A stretch of 64,000 bases of DNA, from the NCBI GenBank assembly GCA_963847445.1, contig CAWJZV010000048.1:162295-226294 (forward strand), written 5' to 3'. Position numbers and translations under genes: made by a program. Shown in pieces: positions 1-9,751 of the stretch (its first letter is position 1; each line of letters starts with the position of its first letter). The notes beneath the pieces are model-generated. The model searched no databases. It saw only the letters and a program-made list of their open reading frames with translations, and was not told where the DNA came from. Source of the DNA: an uncultured delta proteobacterium (GTDB taxonomy: Bacteria > Desulfobacterota > Binatia > UBA9968).

Positions 1-2
1 CC

Positions 3-1877
3 GGCCGGCTGCTGCCGTTCAAGCGCGGCTTTGAGAAAATCGTCGAGGGCTCGAATATTCCGATCGTGCCGGTGCACTTGGACCAGCTCTGGGGCAGCAT
101 CTTTAGTTTCAAAGACGGCAAGTTCTTTTGGAAGTGGCCGTTGCAATTCCCCTACTCGGTCACGGTCTCGTTTGGCGCGCCGCTGCCGCCAACCTCCACC
201 GTGGTGCAGGTGCGCAACGCCATCTTGGAGCTGGAAAGCGAGGCGGTGGAGTACCGCCGGCTTCCCGGCGATCTGCTCCACGCCAAGTTCGTCGAGATGG
301 CCAAGCGCCACTGGTCGCGGTTCTGCATGGCCGACACCACCGGCACGGAGCTCACCTATGGCAAGGCGCTCATCGCCAGCCTGCTTTTTTGCCGCTGGCT
401 GAGAAGCCATTGCGCCGGCCAGTCGATGATCGGCGTGATCCTGCCCGCCAGCGTCGGCGGCGCGCTGGTCAACATCGCCACTCTGCTAGCGGGCAAAGTG
501 CCGGTAAATTTAAACTTCACCGGCGGCAAAGAAGCCATGGCCGCGGCGCTGGCCCAATGTAAGATCACCACCATCGTCACCTCGCGAACGTTTTTGGAGA
601 AAGCCAATCTCGAGAAAATGGACGGCATGGTTTTCGTCGAAGAGATCCGCCAGACGTTTACCGGCGCGCGCAAACTCGCCACCGCGGTCAAAGCCTATGT
701 CACGCCGGCGCGTTGGCTCAACCGCCGCGCGCGCAAGCAACAGCGCCCCAACGATCTCGCCACGATCATATTTTCCAGCGGCAGCACCGGCACGCCCAAA
801 GGCGTCATGCTGTCGCACCACAACTTAATTTCCAACATCGAGGCGATCGGCCAGGTGATTCAGTTCACGCCGCAGGATCGCATCATGGGCATCCTGCCGT
901 TGTTTCACTCCTTCGGCTTCACCGCGACCATCTGGCTGCCGGTGCTGACCGGCTTCGGCGCGGTCTATCACCCCAATCCCACCGACGCCAAGACCATCGG
1001 CGAAACCGTCGAGAAATACCGCGCGACATTGTTGATCAGCACGCCGACCTTCTACGTCAGCTACTGGCGCCGCTGCACCAAGGAACAGTTCGCCTCGCTG
1101 CGCTACGTCATCGCCGGCGCGGAAAAGCTGCGCGAGCAGATCGCCAACGGTTACCAAGAAAAATTCGGCATCACCCTCCTCGAAGGCTACGGCTGCACGG
1201 AGCTCTCGCCGGTGGTCGCGGTCAACACACCCGATGTCGTCCACGACAAGGAAAAACAGACCGGCCACAAGCCCGGCACGGTCGGCCATCCGCTCCCCGG
1301 CGTCGCCGCCAAGGTGATCGATCCCGATAGCGGCGAGACCCTCGGCCCAGGCGAAGCAGGGCTGCTGCTCGTCAAAGGACCTAACGTCATGCTCGGCTAC
1401 TTGAATCAGCAGAACCTGACCGACCAAGCGATGCGCCACGGCTGGTATGTCACTGGCGATATCGCGACCATCGATGAGGACGGCTTCATCACCATCACCG
1501 ACCGCCTGTCGCGCTTCAGCAAGATCGGCGGCGAGATGGTGCCGCATATGAAGATCGAAGAGATGATCAACGACGTCCTCGGCAGCCCGGCTTCGGTCGT
1601 CACGGCGATCCCGGACGAACAGCGCGGTGAGAGGTTGGTGGTTTTCTACGCCAAGAACGGCGTCCGCCGCGAAGAGCTGTGGGACCGGCTCAACAAATCC
1701 GCATTGCCCAAGCTGTGGGTTCCCAAGCGCGAAGATCTCCACGCCATCGACGAGATTCCCATCCTCGGCTCAGGCAAAGCCGATCTGAAAAGAGTCAAAG
1801 CGATGGCCTTGGAAAAAGCGATGCGCTTAGAATGGCCAGTCGAGCTTCAACCGCTGCCCAACCAGCATCGGAGGTGA
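3..1877 (+). CDS. aas: Aas-like bifunctional acyltransferase / acyl-ACP (acyl-CoA) synthetase; 5' end lies outside the window
   Basis: The frame of ORF 66..1877 stays open to base 3. The first ~60 aa (KRGFEKIVEGSNIPIVPVHLD...FGAPLPP) look like the tail of a PlsC-type acyltransferase domain. A complete AMP-binding domain follows (IIFSSGSTGTPKGV, EGYGCTE, WYVTGD, FSKIGGEMV). Confidence 0.8.
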   Translation, partial: GRLLPFKRGFEKIVEGSNIPIVPVHLDQLWGSIFSFKDGKFFWKWPLQFPYSVTVSFGAPLPPTSTVVQVRNAILELESEAVEYRRLPGDLLHAKFVEMAKRHWSRFCMADTTGTELTYGKALIASLLFCRWLRSHCAGQSMIGVILPASVGGALVNIATLLAGKVPVNLNFTGGKEAMAAALAQCKITTIVTSRTFLEKANLEKMDGMVFVEEIRQTFTGARKLATAVKAYVTPARWLNRRARKQQRPNDLATIIFSSGSTGTPKGVMLSHHNLISNIEAIGQVIQFTPQDRIMGILPLFHSFGFTATIWLPVLTGFGAVYHPNPTDAKTIGETVEKYRATLLISTPTFYVSYWRRCTKEQFASLRYVIAGAEKLREQIANGYQEKFGITLLEGYGCTELSPVVAVNTPDVVHDKEKQTGHKPGTVGHPLPGVAAKVIDPDSGETLGPGEAGLLLVKGPNVMLGYLNQQNLTDQAMRHGWYVTGDIATIDEDGFITITDRLSRFSKIGGEMVPHMKIEEMINDVLGSPASVVTAIPDEQRGERLVVFYAKNGVRREELWDRLNKSALPKLWVPKREDLHAIDEIPILGSGKADLKRVKAMALEKAMRLEWPVELQPLPNQHRR

Positions 1878-1879
1878 CC

Positions 1880-3744
1880 ATGGTCGCCGCGCAACAGATC
1901 GTCAAATACTTCGAGCGAGCCACCAAGGATTTCACCCAAGCCCGCGAATATCGCGACCTCGTCGGCGGCGGCGCGGGGATGGCGACCGCCTACGAGTTTT
2001 TGCGCAATATCTTTCGCACCCATTATCTCTCGTCGCATATCGTCGCGCTGTGCTTCGCCTCGCTGCCATCGGCGGCCGCCGAGATGTTGAAAGAAAACCT
2101 GCTCGAAGAAATGGGCCGGTCGGAGGGCGAGCCGCCACATTCCGCGCTGCTCATGGAAATGGCTCGCGGTATCGGCTTCACTGACGACGAAGTCAATCAA
2201 CTGATCGCCGATGCGCGCCGGCGCGTCGCGCTGGTCTGCGCCACCCGCGTGCCGGTGGCGACGTTGCGCGAGCTTTGTCTGTCGGTGCTGCTCGAAACCA
2301 TGAGCTTCGAGTTCATGCTGTCGCGCTGTGCCAGCGAACTGGCCAGCGCGCTGAGCGATCAATATGCCATTCCGCGCTCCGCCCTGCGCTGGTTCGAGCT
2401 TCACTCCGAAGTCGATATCCGCCACGCCGAAGAAGCGATCACGGTGATCCAAGACTACAGCGAGTTTCATCAGATCTCCGACGCCCTGTTCGACCAGATC
2501 GCCGAATTCACCCTCGGCGATCAGCTATTCTGTCGCCACTATTTTCCGCCGAGCTCGAAGCTGAAAACCCGCAGCAAAGCAGACCGGCCGGCGAGCATCG
2601 AGGCGCTGTCGATTTACCGCCTGCGCATTCCGTTTCACCAAGCGTTCAGCCATGCGCTGCACAGCCGCGAGGAAAGCGACGCCATCGTCGTCAAGGTCAG
2701 CGGCAGCGACGGCCGTAGCGGTTTCGGCGAAGGACTGGCGCGCGTCTATGTCACCGGCGAGACCACTGAATCGATGATCGCCCGCATCCGCGATTTCCTC
2801 GCGCCAAGGATTTTTCAGGAATCGTTTTCCCCAGGGTGGCAAACCATCGAGCAGTTGCAGTCGCTGCAGCCGGACTGGACGCGGAATTCGCAATCAAACA
2901 ATGGCGTCATCGCCTGGAACGCGGCGTTTTGCGCCGTCGAGCTGGCACTGCTCGATTGGAGCCTGCGCGCCGACCATAGCGCGCTGGCGGACTATCTGCC
3001 GCCGGCGCGTTTCGAGGTCGTCTACAGCGGCGTGATCTCCGCCGACAGTCCGAAGGACGCGGCGGCGTTGGCCAAACGAATGGCGCGCTTGGGCCTAGCA
3101 CAGATCAAAATCAAAGTCGGCACGCCGGGTGACGCCGCGCGCTTGGAAGCAGTGCGCAAAGCGGTGGGCAGCGCCGTCGAACTGCGCGCCGACGCCAACG
3201 GCGCCTGGAGCGCGGCGCAGGCAATTGAACAGTTGAAGCTGCTGGCGCCGTTTAAACTCGCCCTCATCGAACAGCCGGTGGCGGCTGACGATATCGCCGG
3301 CATGAAACAAGTGCGCGCCCAATGCGGCATCCCGGTCATGGCCGACGAATCGCTGGTCACCATCGAACAGGCGCGCCGCTTGATCGCCGAAAAAGCCTGC
3401 GATCTGTTCAATATTCGGCTGTCGAAAAACGGCGGCATCTCCGGAAGTTTGGCGATCGCCAAGCTCGCCGAGGAGGCCGGAATCAAAATCCAAGTCGGCG
3501 CCCAAGTCGGCGAGACCGGCATCCTGTCGGCCGCCGGCAGAACCTTCGCCGCCCACATGTCGGAGCTTGCCTGCGCCGAAGGATCCTTCGGCACCTGGTT
3601 GCTGAGCGAAGACATTACCTACGACAACCTCGCCTTCGGCCTCGGCGGCCGCGCGCCGCTGCTGAAAAGCCGCGGCTTGAGCGTCACGGTCAAGAAGAAG
3701 CCCTCGAACGGCTCACCGTCGAGAAAATCGAATTGCGGCGTTAA
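1880..3744 (+). CDS. Fusion protein: heme-oxygenase-like iron-dependent redox domain (PF14518-type) at the N-terminus plus an enolase-superfamily (mandelate racemase/muconate lactonizing, dipeptide-epimerase-like) domain at the C-terminus; one frameshift near 3688
   Basis: ATG at 1880 lies 2 nt after the aas stop and is preceded by GGAGG. The N-domain carries LLEEMGRSEGEPPHSALLMEMARG and FELHSEVDIRHAEEA (E/H ligand-like pairs). The C-domain carries DAIVVKVSGSDGRSGFGEG, IKIKVG, ELRADANGAW, LIEQPV, VMADES and DLFNIRLSKNGG. The natural C-terminus EEALERLTVEKIELRR-stop (3744) is reached only after a 1-nt shift. Confidence 0.65.
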
Positions 3745-3748
3745 ACCC

Positions 3749-5433
3749 ATGAGCTTGATCGTCAAAGCGTCGGCTTTTGTCACCGGCCGTCTATGGAGTC
3801 GTTGGGAAAAATTGTGCGCCGATCCGGCAACGGTGCAAAACCGATTATTGCTCGACATCATTCAGCGCAACCGCGCCACCGCCTTCGGCAAGGATCATGG
3901 GTTCGCGGCCATTGCCAATTTAGCCGACTACCGCAAACAGGTCGCCATCGGCGACTACGAACGGCTACGCCCTTATGTCGAGCGCGCCGAGAACGGCGAA
4001 GCTCGGGTCTTGACCGAAGCGCCAGTGCGGATGTTCACCCTGACCAGCGGCAGCACCGGCGCGCCCAAGCTGATCCCAGTGACCGAGACCTCCCGCGCCA
4101 ACCATCGCCAGCTCACTCGCCTGTGGTACCACCGAGCCAACCTCGATCATCCGGGCTTATTCAGCGGCAAGATGCTCGGCGTCGTCAGTCCAGCCCGAGA
4201 AGGGAAAACCGCCGGCAACATTCCCTTCGGTGCCGCCTCCGGCTTGATTTACCAGAGCAGCCCGCGCTGGATCCAGAACGCTTTCGTCCTGCCCTACGAG
4301 GTCGCCGAGGTGAAAGACTTCGCCGCTAAGTACTACCTGATCATGCGTGTGGCGTTGGCGCAGCCAATATCGTTTCTCGGCACGCCCAATCCGAGCACGA
4401 TTCTGCGGCTGGTCGAAATCGCCGACAATAATAAATCTGAAATCATCCGCGACATTCGCGACGGCACCATCAGCGAGCGCTGGCCTATTCCCGGTGCGGT
4501 GCGGCAAAAGCTCGCAGCGCGCCTCGATAGAAGATCCCGCCCGCGCGGCCGAGCTCGAACGGCTGGCGAACCAATACGGCGCGCTGCGCCCCAAGGATTA
4601 TTGGCCACGAGCTGCAATTGATCGGTTGCTGGAAAGGCGGCACGGTCGGTGTGCGCTTGCATGAACTGCAGCGCTGGTTCGGCGAGTCCATGCCGGTGCG
4701 CGATTTAGGCTACATGGCGAGCGAAGCGCAGATGACCTTGCCGATATCCGACTCCGGCTCCGCCGGCATACTCGACGTCAGCGCCAATTTCTACGAATTC
4801 ATTCCGGAGAGTGAAATCGCCAGCCGACAACCGGCAACTCTCACCTGCGCGGAACTCAAAGAAGGCGAAAGCTATTATTTGATCCTGACAACCCCCAGCG
4901 GCTTGTACCGCTACGACATCAATGACGTGGTGCGCGTGGCGGGATTTTTTCAACAAACCCCGCTGCTTGAATTTGTCCGCAAGGGGCGCGATGTCACCAA
5001 CATCACCGGCGAGAAGCTCCACGTCAATCAACTCATCCAGGCGATGGCACAGGCGCAAATCGCAGCCAACATCGCGCCGCAACATTACCGCGGCTGCGCC
5101 GATGTCGACCGCTCGCGCTACGCCTTCATGGTCGAGTTCGACGGCGCCAATGCCAACGAAGCATCGCTCAAGCACTTGCTCGCCGCGCTGGAGCGAAACC
5201 TTTGTGAGCTCAATATCGAATACGCCCAGAAACGCGCATCGGAGCGTCTAAAGCCGCCGGTGCTTTGTGTGATGGAACCTGGCTGGTACGAACGTCATGC
5301 CAGCGCCGCACTGCGCAGCGGCGGCCGCGATACTCAATTCAAAGCCCAACTACTCAGTACGACGCCGGAAGCAGCCGGCGATATCACAGCCGTCATTGAA
5401 CTCGCCGAACCCTCAAGCCACGGGAGCAAATAA
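3749..5433 (+). CDS. GH3-family acyl-acid amido synthetase (adenylate-forming ligase); frame broken near 4525 and near 4615
   Basis: ATG lies 4 nt after the preceding stop. Motifs: FGKDHGF, YRKQVAIGDYE, FTLTSGSTGAPKLIP, FGAASG, FLGTPNPST, then EDPARAAELERLANQYGALRPKDYWP in a second frame, then CWKGGTVG...YEFIPE...YRYDINDVVRV...FVRKGRD...GEKL in ORF 4618..5433. Confidence 0.75.
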
Positions 5434-5435
5434 AT

Positions 5436-5969
5436 ATGGCCAAGCACGGACCGCTCCTAGCCCTGATAACATTTTTGTTCGCCTGCCGGGTCTTGGGGCA
5501 AGCTCTGGTCGCTTTTGTCGGCGTATCCTGGTTACCAGCGATGGAACAATGGTTCTCCGGAGTGATTCCCTACCCCTCGCTGCTGCTCATCCAACTGCTC
5601 ATGTTGATGCTCATGGTGAGAATCACCGGCGAAGTCTGGCGCGGCACCGGCACCTTCGCCGTCGTGCGCCCCCACTGGGCCGAATTCCTGATGAAATTTG
5701 CCGGCGCCTACGCCGGACTGATGATCCTGCGCTATGCTCTGACGATGATTCTCCATCCCGAGATGCGCTGGTTCGGCGACATCATTCCAATTATTTTTCA
5801 CTTCGTCTTGGCCGGGTTCATATTCGTTCTCGGCCACTATCACCAGGTGATGACCGACTATAAAAATATTCGCACAGTCTTCATCTGCGCTTGTCGAATC
5901 CAACGGACGCCGATCAATGACTTACCGCGTAAACTGACTAGCATGCGGTTAAATTGCCGCGGAATTTAA
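5436..5969 (+). CDS. Small integral membrane protein, about 4 TM helices, no family recognised
   Basis: ATG lies 2 nt after the GH3 stop. Four hydrophobic stretches are present. The last ~25 codons run through a perfect palindrome, so the true C-terminus may be earlier. Confidence 0.5.
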   Translation: MAKHGPLLALITFLFACRVLGQALVAFVGVSWLPAMEQWFSGVIPYPSLLLIQLLMLMLMVRITGEVWRGTGTFAVVRPHWAEFLMKFAGAYAGLMILRYALTMILHPEMRWFGDIIPIIFHFVLAGFIFVLGHYHQVMTDYKNIRTVFICACRIQRTPINDLPRKLTSMRLNCRGI

Positions 5970-5974
5970 CCGCA
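5942..5974. promoter_or_regulatory. Perfect 13+13 bp inverted repeat ATGCGGTTAAATT-N7-AATTTAACCGCAT; either a terminator stem of the upstream operon or an operator ahead of bioB
   Basis: Read directly; the arms are exact reverse complements. It sits about 115 bp upstream of the bioB ATG. No clear T-tract follows. Confidence 0.4.
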
Positions 5975-6090
5975 TTCTGAAGATCGCACCTAAGTAGCGA
6001 AATCTACAGAAGTATTACTGCCTTCCAGCCACCCGCAGATTGCATGGCCACACCTCGCATGCTAGAAACTTGCTAGTTTTGGAGGACGGA

Positions 6091-7071
6091 ATGAATTTTC
6101 AGCAACTGGCGGACAAAGCATTGCAAGGAATTCTACCCGAGCGGGAGGAATTGCGTGAAGTATTGAACGCACCGGACGAACAGCTACCGGAAATCTTGAG
6201 CGCCGCCTTCAAAGTGCGCCACCACTACTACGGCAAGCGCGTGCAGATCCATGTCTTGCAGAACGCCAAGAGCGGCCTGTGCCCGGAAGACTGCCACTAC
6301 TGCTCGCAGTCGTCGGTCTCCGAAGCCCCCGTCGACAAGTACACTTTCATGTCCAAGGAAAAGCTGGTCGAAAGCGCGCGCCAGGCCAAAGCAGCCGGCG
6401 CCGTACGCTTTTGTATCGTCAACAGCGGCCGCGGCCCGACCAACAAGGAAATTGACGACATCACCGAGGCGGTGCGCGAGATTCGCGCCCAGACCGGCAT
6501 GAACGTCTGCTGCTCGTTGGGCTTGATGAATGACGACAAGACCCAGAAGCTCGCCGCCGCTGGCGTCGGCCGGGTCAATCATAATTTAAATACCAGCCGC
6601 GAACACCACGCCGACATCGTCACCACCCACAGCTACGACGACCGGGTCGCGACGATTGAGAGCGTCAAGAGCGCCGGCATCGGCACCTGCTCCGGCGGCA
6701 TCATCGGCATGGGTGAAAGCGATGACGACATCATCAACCTGGCGATGACGCTGCGTGCCATGGACATCGACTCGATCCCGGTGAATTTTTTGAACTCGAT
6801 CCCCAAGACACCCTTCGAGGCGAAACGCGAACTGACGCCGCAACGCTGCTTGAAGACGCTGTGTTTGTTCCGCTTCGTCAATCCGACCAAAGAGATCCGC
6901 GTCGCCGGCGGCCGCGAAGTAAACTTGCGTTCGCTGCAGCCGCTAAGCCTTTACCCAGCCAACTCGATGTTCGTCAACGGCTACCTGACCACGCCCGGCC
7001 AAGACGCCACCGACGCGCACCAGATGATCCGCGATCTCGGTTTTGAGCTGGACCAGCCGGCAGCGATTTAG
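6091..7071 (+). CDS. bioB: Biotin synthase (radical SAM)
   Basis: GGAGGA RBS before ATG 6091. CPEDCHYCSQS radical-SAM triad, FCIVNSGRGP, VCCSLGLM, IRVAGGRE; all are typical BioB landmarks. Confidence 0.9.
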   Translation: MNFQQLADKALQGILPEREELREVLNAPDEQLPEILSAAFKVRHHYYGKRVQIHVLQNAKSGLCPEDCHYCSQSSVSEAPVDKYTFMSKEKLVESARQAKAAGAVRFCIVNSGRGPTNKEIDDITEAVREIRAQTGMNVCCSLGLMNDDKTQKLAAAGVGRVNHNLNTSREHHADIVTTHSYDDRVATIESVKSAGIGTCSGGIIGMGESDDDIINLAMTLRAMDIDSIPVNFLNSIPKTPFEAKRELTPQRCLKTLCLFRFVNPTKEIRVAGGREVNLRSLQPLSLYPANSMFVNGYLTTPGQDATDAHQMIRDLGFELDQPAAI

Positions 7072-7148
7072 CCACCCATGCGCCTTTGTGAACAGAGCCA
7101 GTTTTAATACGCCGCTTTAATTCGCCAATTTAACGTTAGGAGATCGCC

Positions 7149-7661
7149 ATGAAACGTTCCATTTTGGTTGTCACGCTGCTCGTTACTGCCGGCGCCGCCG
7201 TCGCAGCCACCTCCGACATGCCCAAACGCAAATCCGGCCTATGGGAAATAACCGTGTCGAGCAACAGCGCCAAGGGCAGCCAGACCATGCAACAATGCGT
7301 CGACGAAAAATCCGACGACATGATGAAAAACAACATGGCCGGAACGGAAAAACAGTCCTGTTCCAAGAACGAATTTCGCCGCGACGGCAACAAACTTACC
7401 ACCGAATCGGTGTGCAAGATGAGCGGCAGCACGGCAACGACCAGGGGCGTTTTCACCGGTCAATTCGACTCCGCTTACAAGGCCGACATCAAATCGACCT
7501 ACGAGCCACCGCTGCACGGCATGAAGGAGTCGTCATCGACCATGGAGGCCAAATGGTTGGGCGCTTGCAAGCCGGGCCAGAAGCCGGGCGATATCTCCAT
7601 GCCTGGCATGCCTGACATCAACATGAACGACATGATGAAAAACCTGCCCAAGCGACCGTAA
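7149..7661 (+). CDS. Secreted DUF3617-like protein
   Basis: Signal peptide MKRSILVVTLLVTAGAAVAA, followed by KSGLWEITVS...QQCVD...C...C, a layout typical of DUF3617. Confidence 0.6.
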   Translation: MKRSILVVTLLVTAGAAVAATSDMPKRKSGLWEITVSSNSAKGSQTMQQCVDEKSDDMMKNNMAGTEKQSCSKNEFRRDGNKLTTESVCKMSGSTATTRGVFTGQFDSAYKADIKSTYEPPLHGMKESSSTMEAKWLGACKPGQKPGDISMPGMPDINMNDMMKNLPKRP

Positions 7662-7815
7662 ACATCCGATTGCTATCTAGCCGTGCGGGACCGAGCTGGT
7701 CTCCCGTCGCTGGGAAGGTTGTAAAATTTTTACTTGCAATGTATCGGCGAAATGCCTAGTTTCTTGTCGCACCTCGTTCTAGACAAAAGAAACATACTAT
7801 TTGAGGAGGAATCCC

Positions 7816-9078
7816 ATGACTTCATTTCCGAATTTTATGCGGACAATGGCAGTCACCGCCATCCTCGGAACTTTGTCGATGAGCGCGCCGCCAACCTCAC
7901 GGTCCCAGGAAAAACCTGCGCCCAACGTCCAGCCAGCGCCGACGACGGTGCCCGGCCGTCCAGACATTCCCAATGCGGAGGTGGCGAAAACTTTGCGCGG
8001 CGTGCCGCAGCCGCCGTTCGCCACACCGGCGGAGAAATTACAGATCGGCCAGCTGAAAATGCCCAAGGGCTTCAAGCTCGAGGTTTATATCAGCGGCATC
8101 GCCAATGCCCGCTCGTTGCGCATCGGCGATAAAGGCACGGTGTTCGTCAGCAACCGCCAACTCGACAAGGTCTATGCCGTCGTCGAGCGTAGCGGCAAGC
8201 GCGAAGCCAAGGTCATCGCCTCCGGCCTCGACCGGCCCAACGGTCTCGCCTTTCACAACGGCACGCTCTACATCGGCGAGGGCACAAAAATCTCCAAGCT
8301 GGAACGGATCGAAGACAATCTCGACAATCCCGGCAAGCCGGTGGTCATCTACAGCGACCTGCCCAATCACCAGTCCCATGGTTGGAAGTTCATCGCCATC
8401 GGTCCGGACAACAAGCTCTACATAAACGTCGGCGCGCCATGCAATATCTGCGAACCGCCGGCGGAAAATGCCCAGATCCGCCGCATCAATCTCGACGGCA
8501 GCGGCGCGGAAGTGTTCGCCCGCGGCGTGCGCAACTCGGTCGGCTTCGACTGGCATCCGATCACCAAGGATCTCTACTTCACCGATAACGGCCGCGACTG
8601 GCTGTCGGAAGATTTGCCGGAAGATGAATTGAACCGCGTCACCAAAGTCGGCCAGCACTTCGGCTTCCCCTACTGTCACCAGGGCAACTTCACCGACCGC
8701 GAGATGGGCTGGGGCCGATCCTGCGACGAATTCACCCCGCCGGTGGCGTTGATGGGGCCGCACAGCGCCGCCCTCGGCCTGCGCTTCTACACCGGCACCA
8801 TGTTTCCCCGCGAATACCGCAACGCCCTCTTCATCGCCCGCCATGGCTCGTGGAACCGCACCAAGAAAATCGGCGGCGATATCGTTGTCGCGAAGTTGAA
8901 CGTCGACGGCACGGTAAAATCCGTGCAGCCATTTATCACAGGCTTTCTCAACAACAACGAATACTGGGGCCGGCCGGTCGACGTCCACGTCATGAAAGAC
9001 GGTTCGATGTTGATCTCCGACGATTTCGCCGGCGCGATTTACCGCGTCACCTACAGCCCGCAGATTGCCAGTCGTTAA
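7816..9078 (+). CDS. PQQ-dependent sugar (glucose/sorbosone) dehydrogenase, soluble beta-propeller type
   Basis: GAGGAGG RBS before ATG 7816 and a signal peptide. Motifs: GLDRPNGLAFHNGTLYIGE, HGWKFIAIGPDNKLYINVGAPCN, GVRNSVGFDWHP, YFTDNGRDWL, GQHFGFPYCH. Confidence 0.8.
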   Translation: MTSFPNFMRTMAVTAILGTLSMSAPPTSRSQEKPAPNVQPAPTTVPGRPDIPNAEVAKTLRGVPQPPFATPAEKLQIGQLKMPKGFKLEVYISGIANARSLRIGDKGTVFVSNRQLDKVYAVVERSGKREAKVIASGLDRPNGLAFHNGTLYIGEGTKISKLERIEDNLDNPGKPVVIYSDLPNHQSHGWKFIAIGPDNKLYINVGAPCNICEPPAENAQIRRINLDGSGAEVFARGVRNSVGFDWHPITKDLYFTDNGRDWLSEDLPEDELNRVTKVGQHFGFPYCHQGNFTDREMGWGRSCDEFTPPVALMGPHSAALGLRFYTGTMFPREYRNALFIARHGSWNRTKKIGGDIVVAKLNVDGTVKSVQPFITGFLNNNEYWGRPVDVHVMKDGSMLISDDFAGAIYRVTYSPQIASR

Positions 9079-9119
9079 GAACTCACGGCAGCCGCCGCGG
9101 CCGGCTCCGGCGGTGCACG

Positions 9120-9725
9120 CTGGCCAATCTCCATTGCAACGCCAATATCGTTCGCGCTCTGGCCGCGGCGTCTCTTCTACTGGTCGCGGCGCTCACGGCA
9201 CCTGCAGCGACCGCGGCAACCATTGATGAACGGCTCGCGCCTTGCCTCGCCTGCCATGGCGAAAAGGGCCAGTCGCTCATCCCCGAAGTGCCGTCTCTCG
9301 GCGCCCAACCGGTTTTTTTTCTGTCCGTGCAGCTGCTGATGTTCCGGGAAAAAATGCGCAACCTCGAGCCCATGACCGGCATGATGCAAGGCTGGAGCGA
9401 CGACGACCTGCGCCGCGCCGCGGCGGCGATCGCGAAACTGCCCGCGCCAGCGCACAATCCGAGCGCGCATGATCCCGCTCGCGCCGAAAAGGCCCGCGCC
9501 TTGATCCAGCAAAACCGCTGCAATTTTTGCCATAAACAGGACTTTTCGGGAGAGGAAAACGCGCCGCGTCTGGCCGGCCAACGAGAAGATTACTTGCTAA
9601 AAGCCCTACGCGAGTACAAGAACAATAGCCGGCGCGCCTACGACGCCGTCCATGGCCGACGCGCTCCATCCGCTCACCGACGCCGACTTTCAAGACCTCG
9701 CCCACTATCTGAGCCGTCTGAGGTA
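9120..9725 (+). CDS. Diheme c-type cytochrome (c4-like); start codon unclear, one frameshift near 9650
   Basis: Signal-like ALAAASLLLVAALTAPAATA and two CxxCH motifs (CLACH, CNFCH). The C-terminus VMADALHPLTDADFQDLAHYLSRLR-stop is reached in another frame. Confidence 0.7.
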
Positions 9726-9751
9726 ATCGAGCAGCTTCACTGCGAAGAGGG

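Noticed and set aside
825-1742. Long antisense or out-of-frame ORFs. Examples: 825..1742(-), 1847..2470(-), 8038..8988(-), 13662..14951(+), 45326..46384(+), 52630..53148(+).
   Set aside because: They lie opposite or out of frame to genes with strong family motifs. Their translations are Arg/Ala/Gly/Pro-rich low-complexity strings typical of non-coding frames in high-GC DNA.
1679-1879. N-terminal 67-codon extension of ORF 1679..4621.
   Set aside because: It overlaps the aas C-terminus in another frame and is Arg/Ser-rich nonsense. ATG 1880, with GGAGG upstream and sitting 2 nt after the aas stop, is the sensible start.
5942-5974. The palindrome as a BirA (bioO) operator.
   Set aside because: As I recall them, BirA sites have arms oriented TGT.AACC-N14-16-GGTT.ACA. 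Here the half-sites are in the opposite order (GGTTAAA...TTTAACC) with a 7-nt spacer. I therefore leave it as a generic palindrome.
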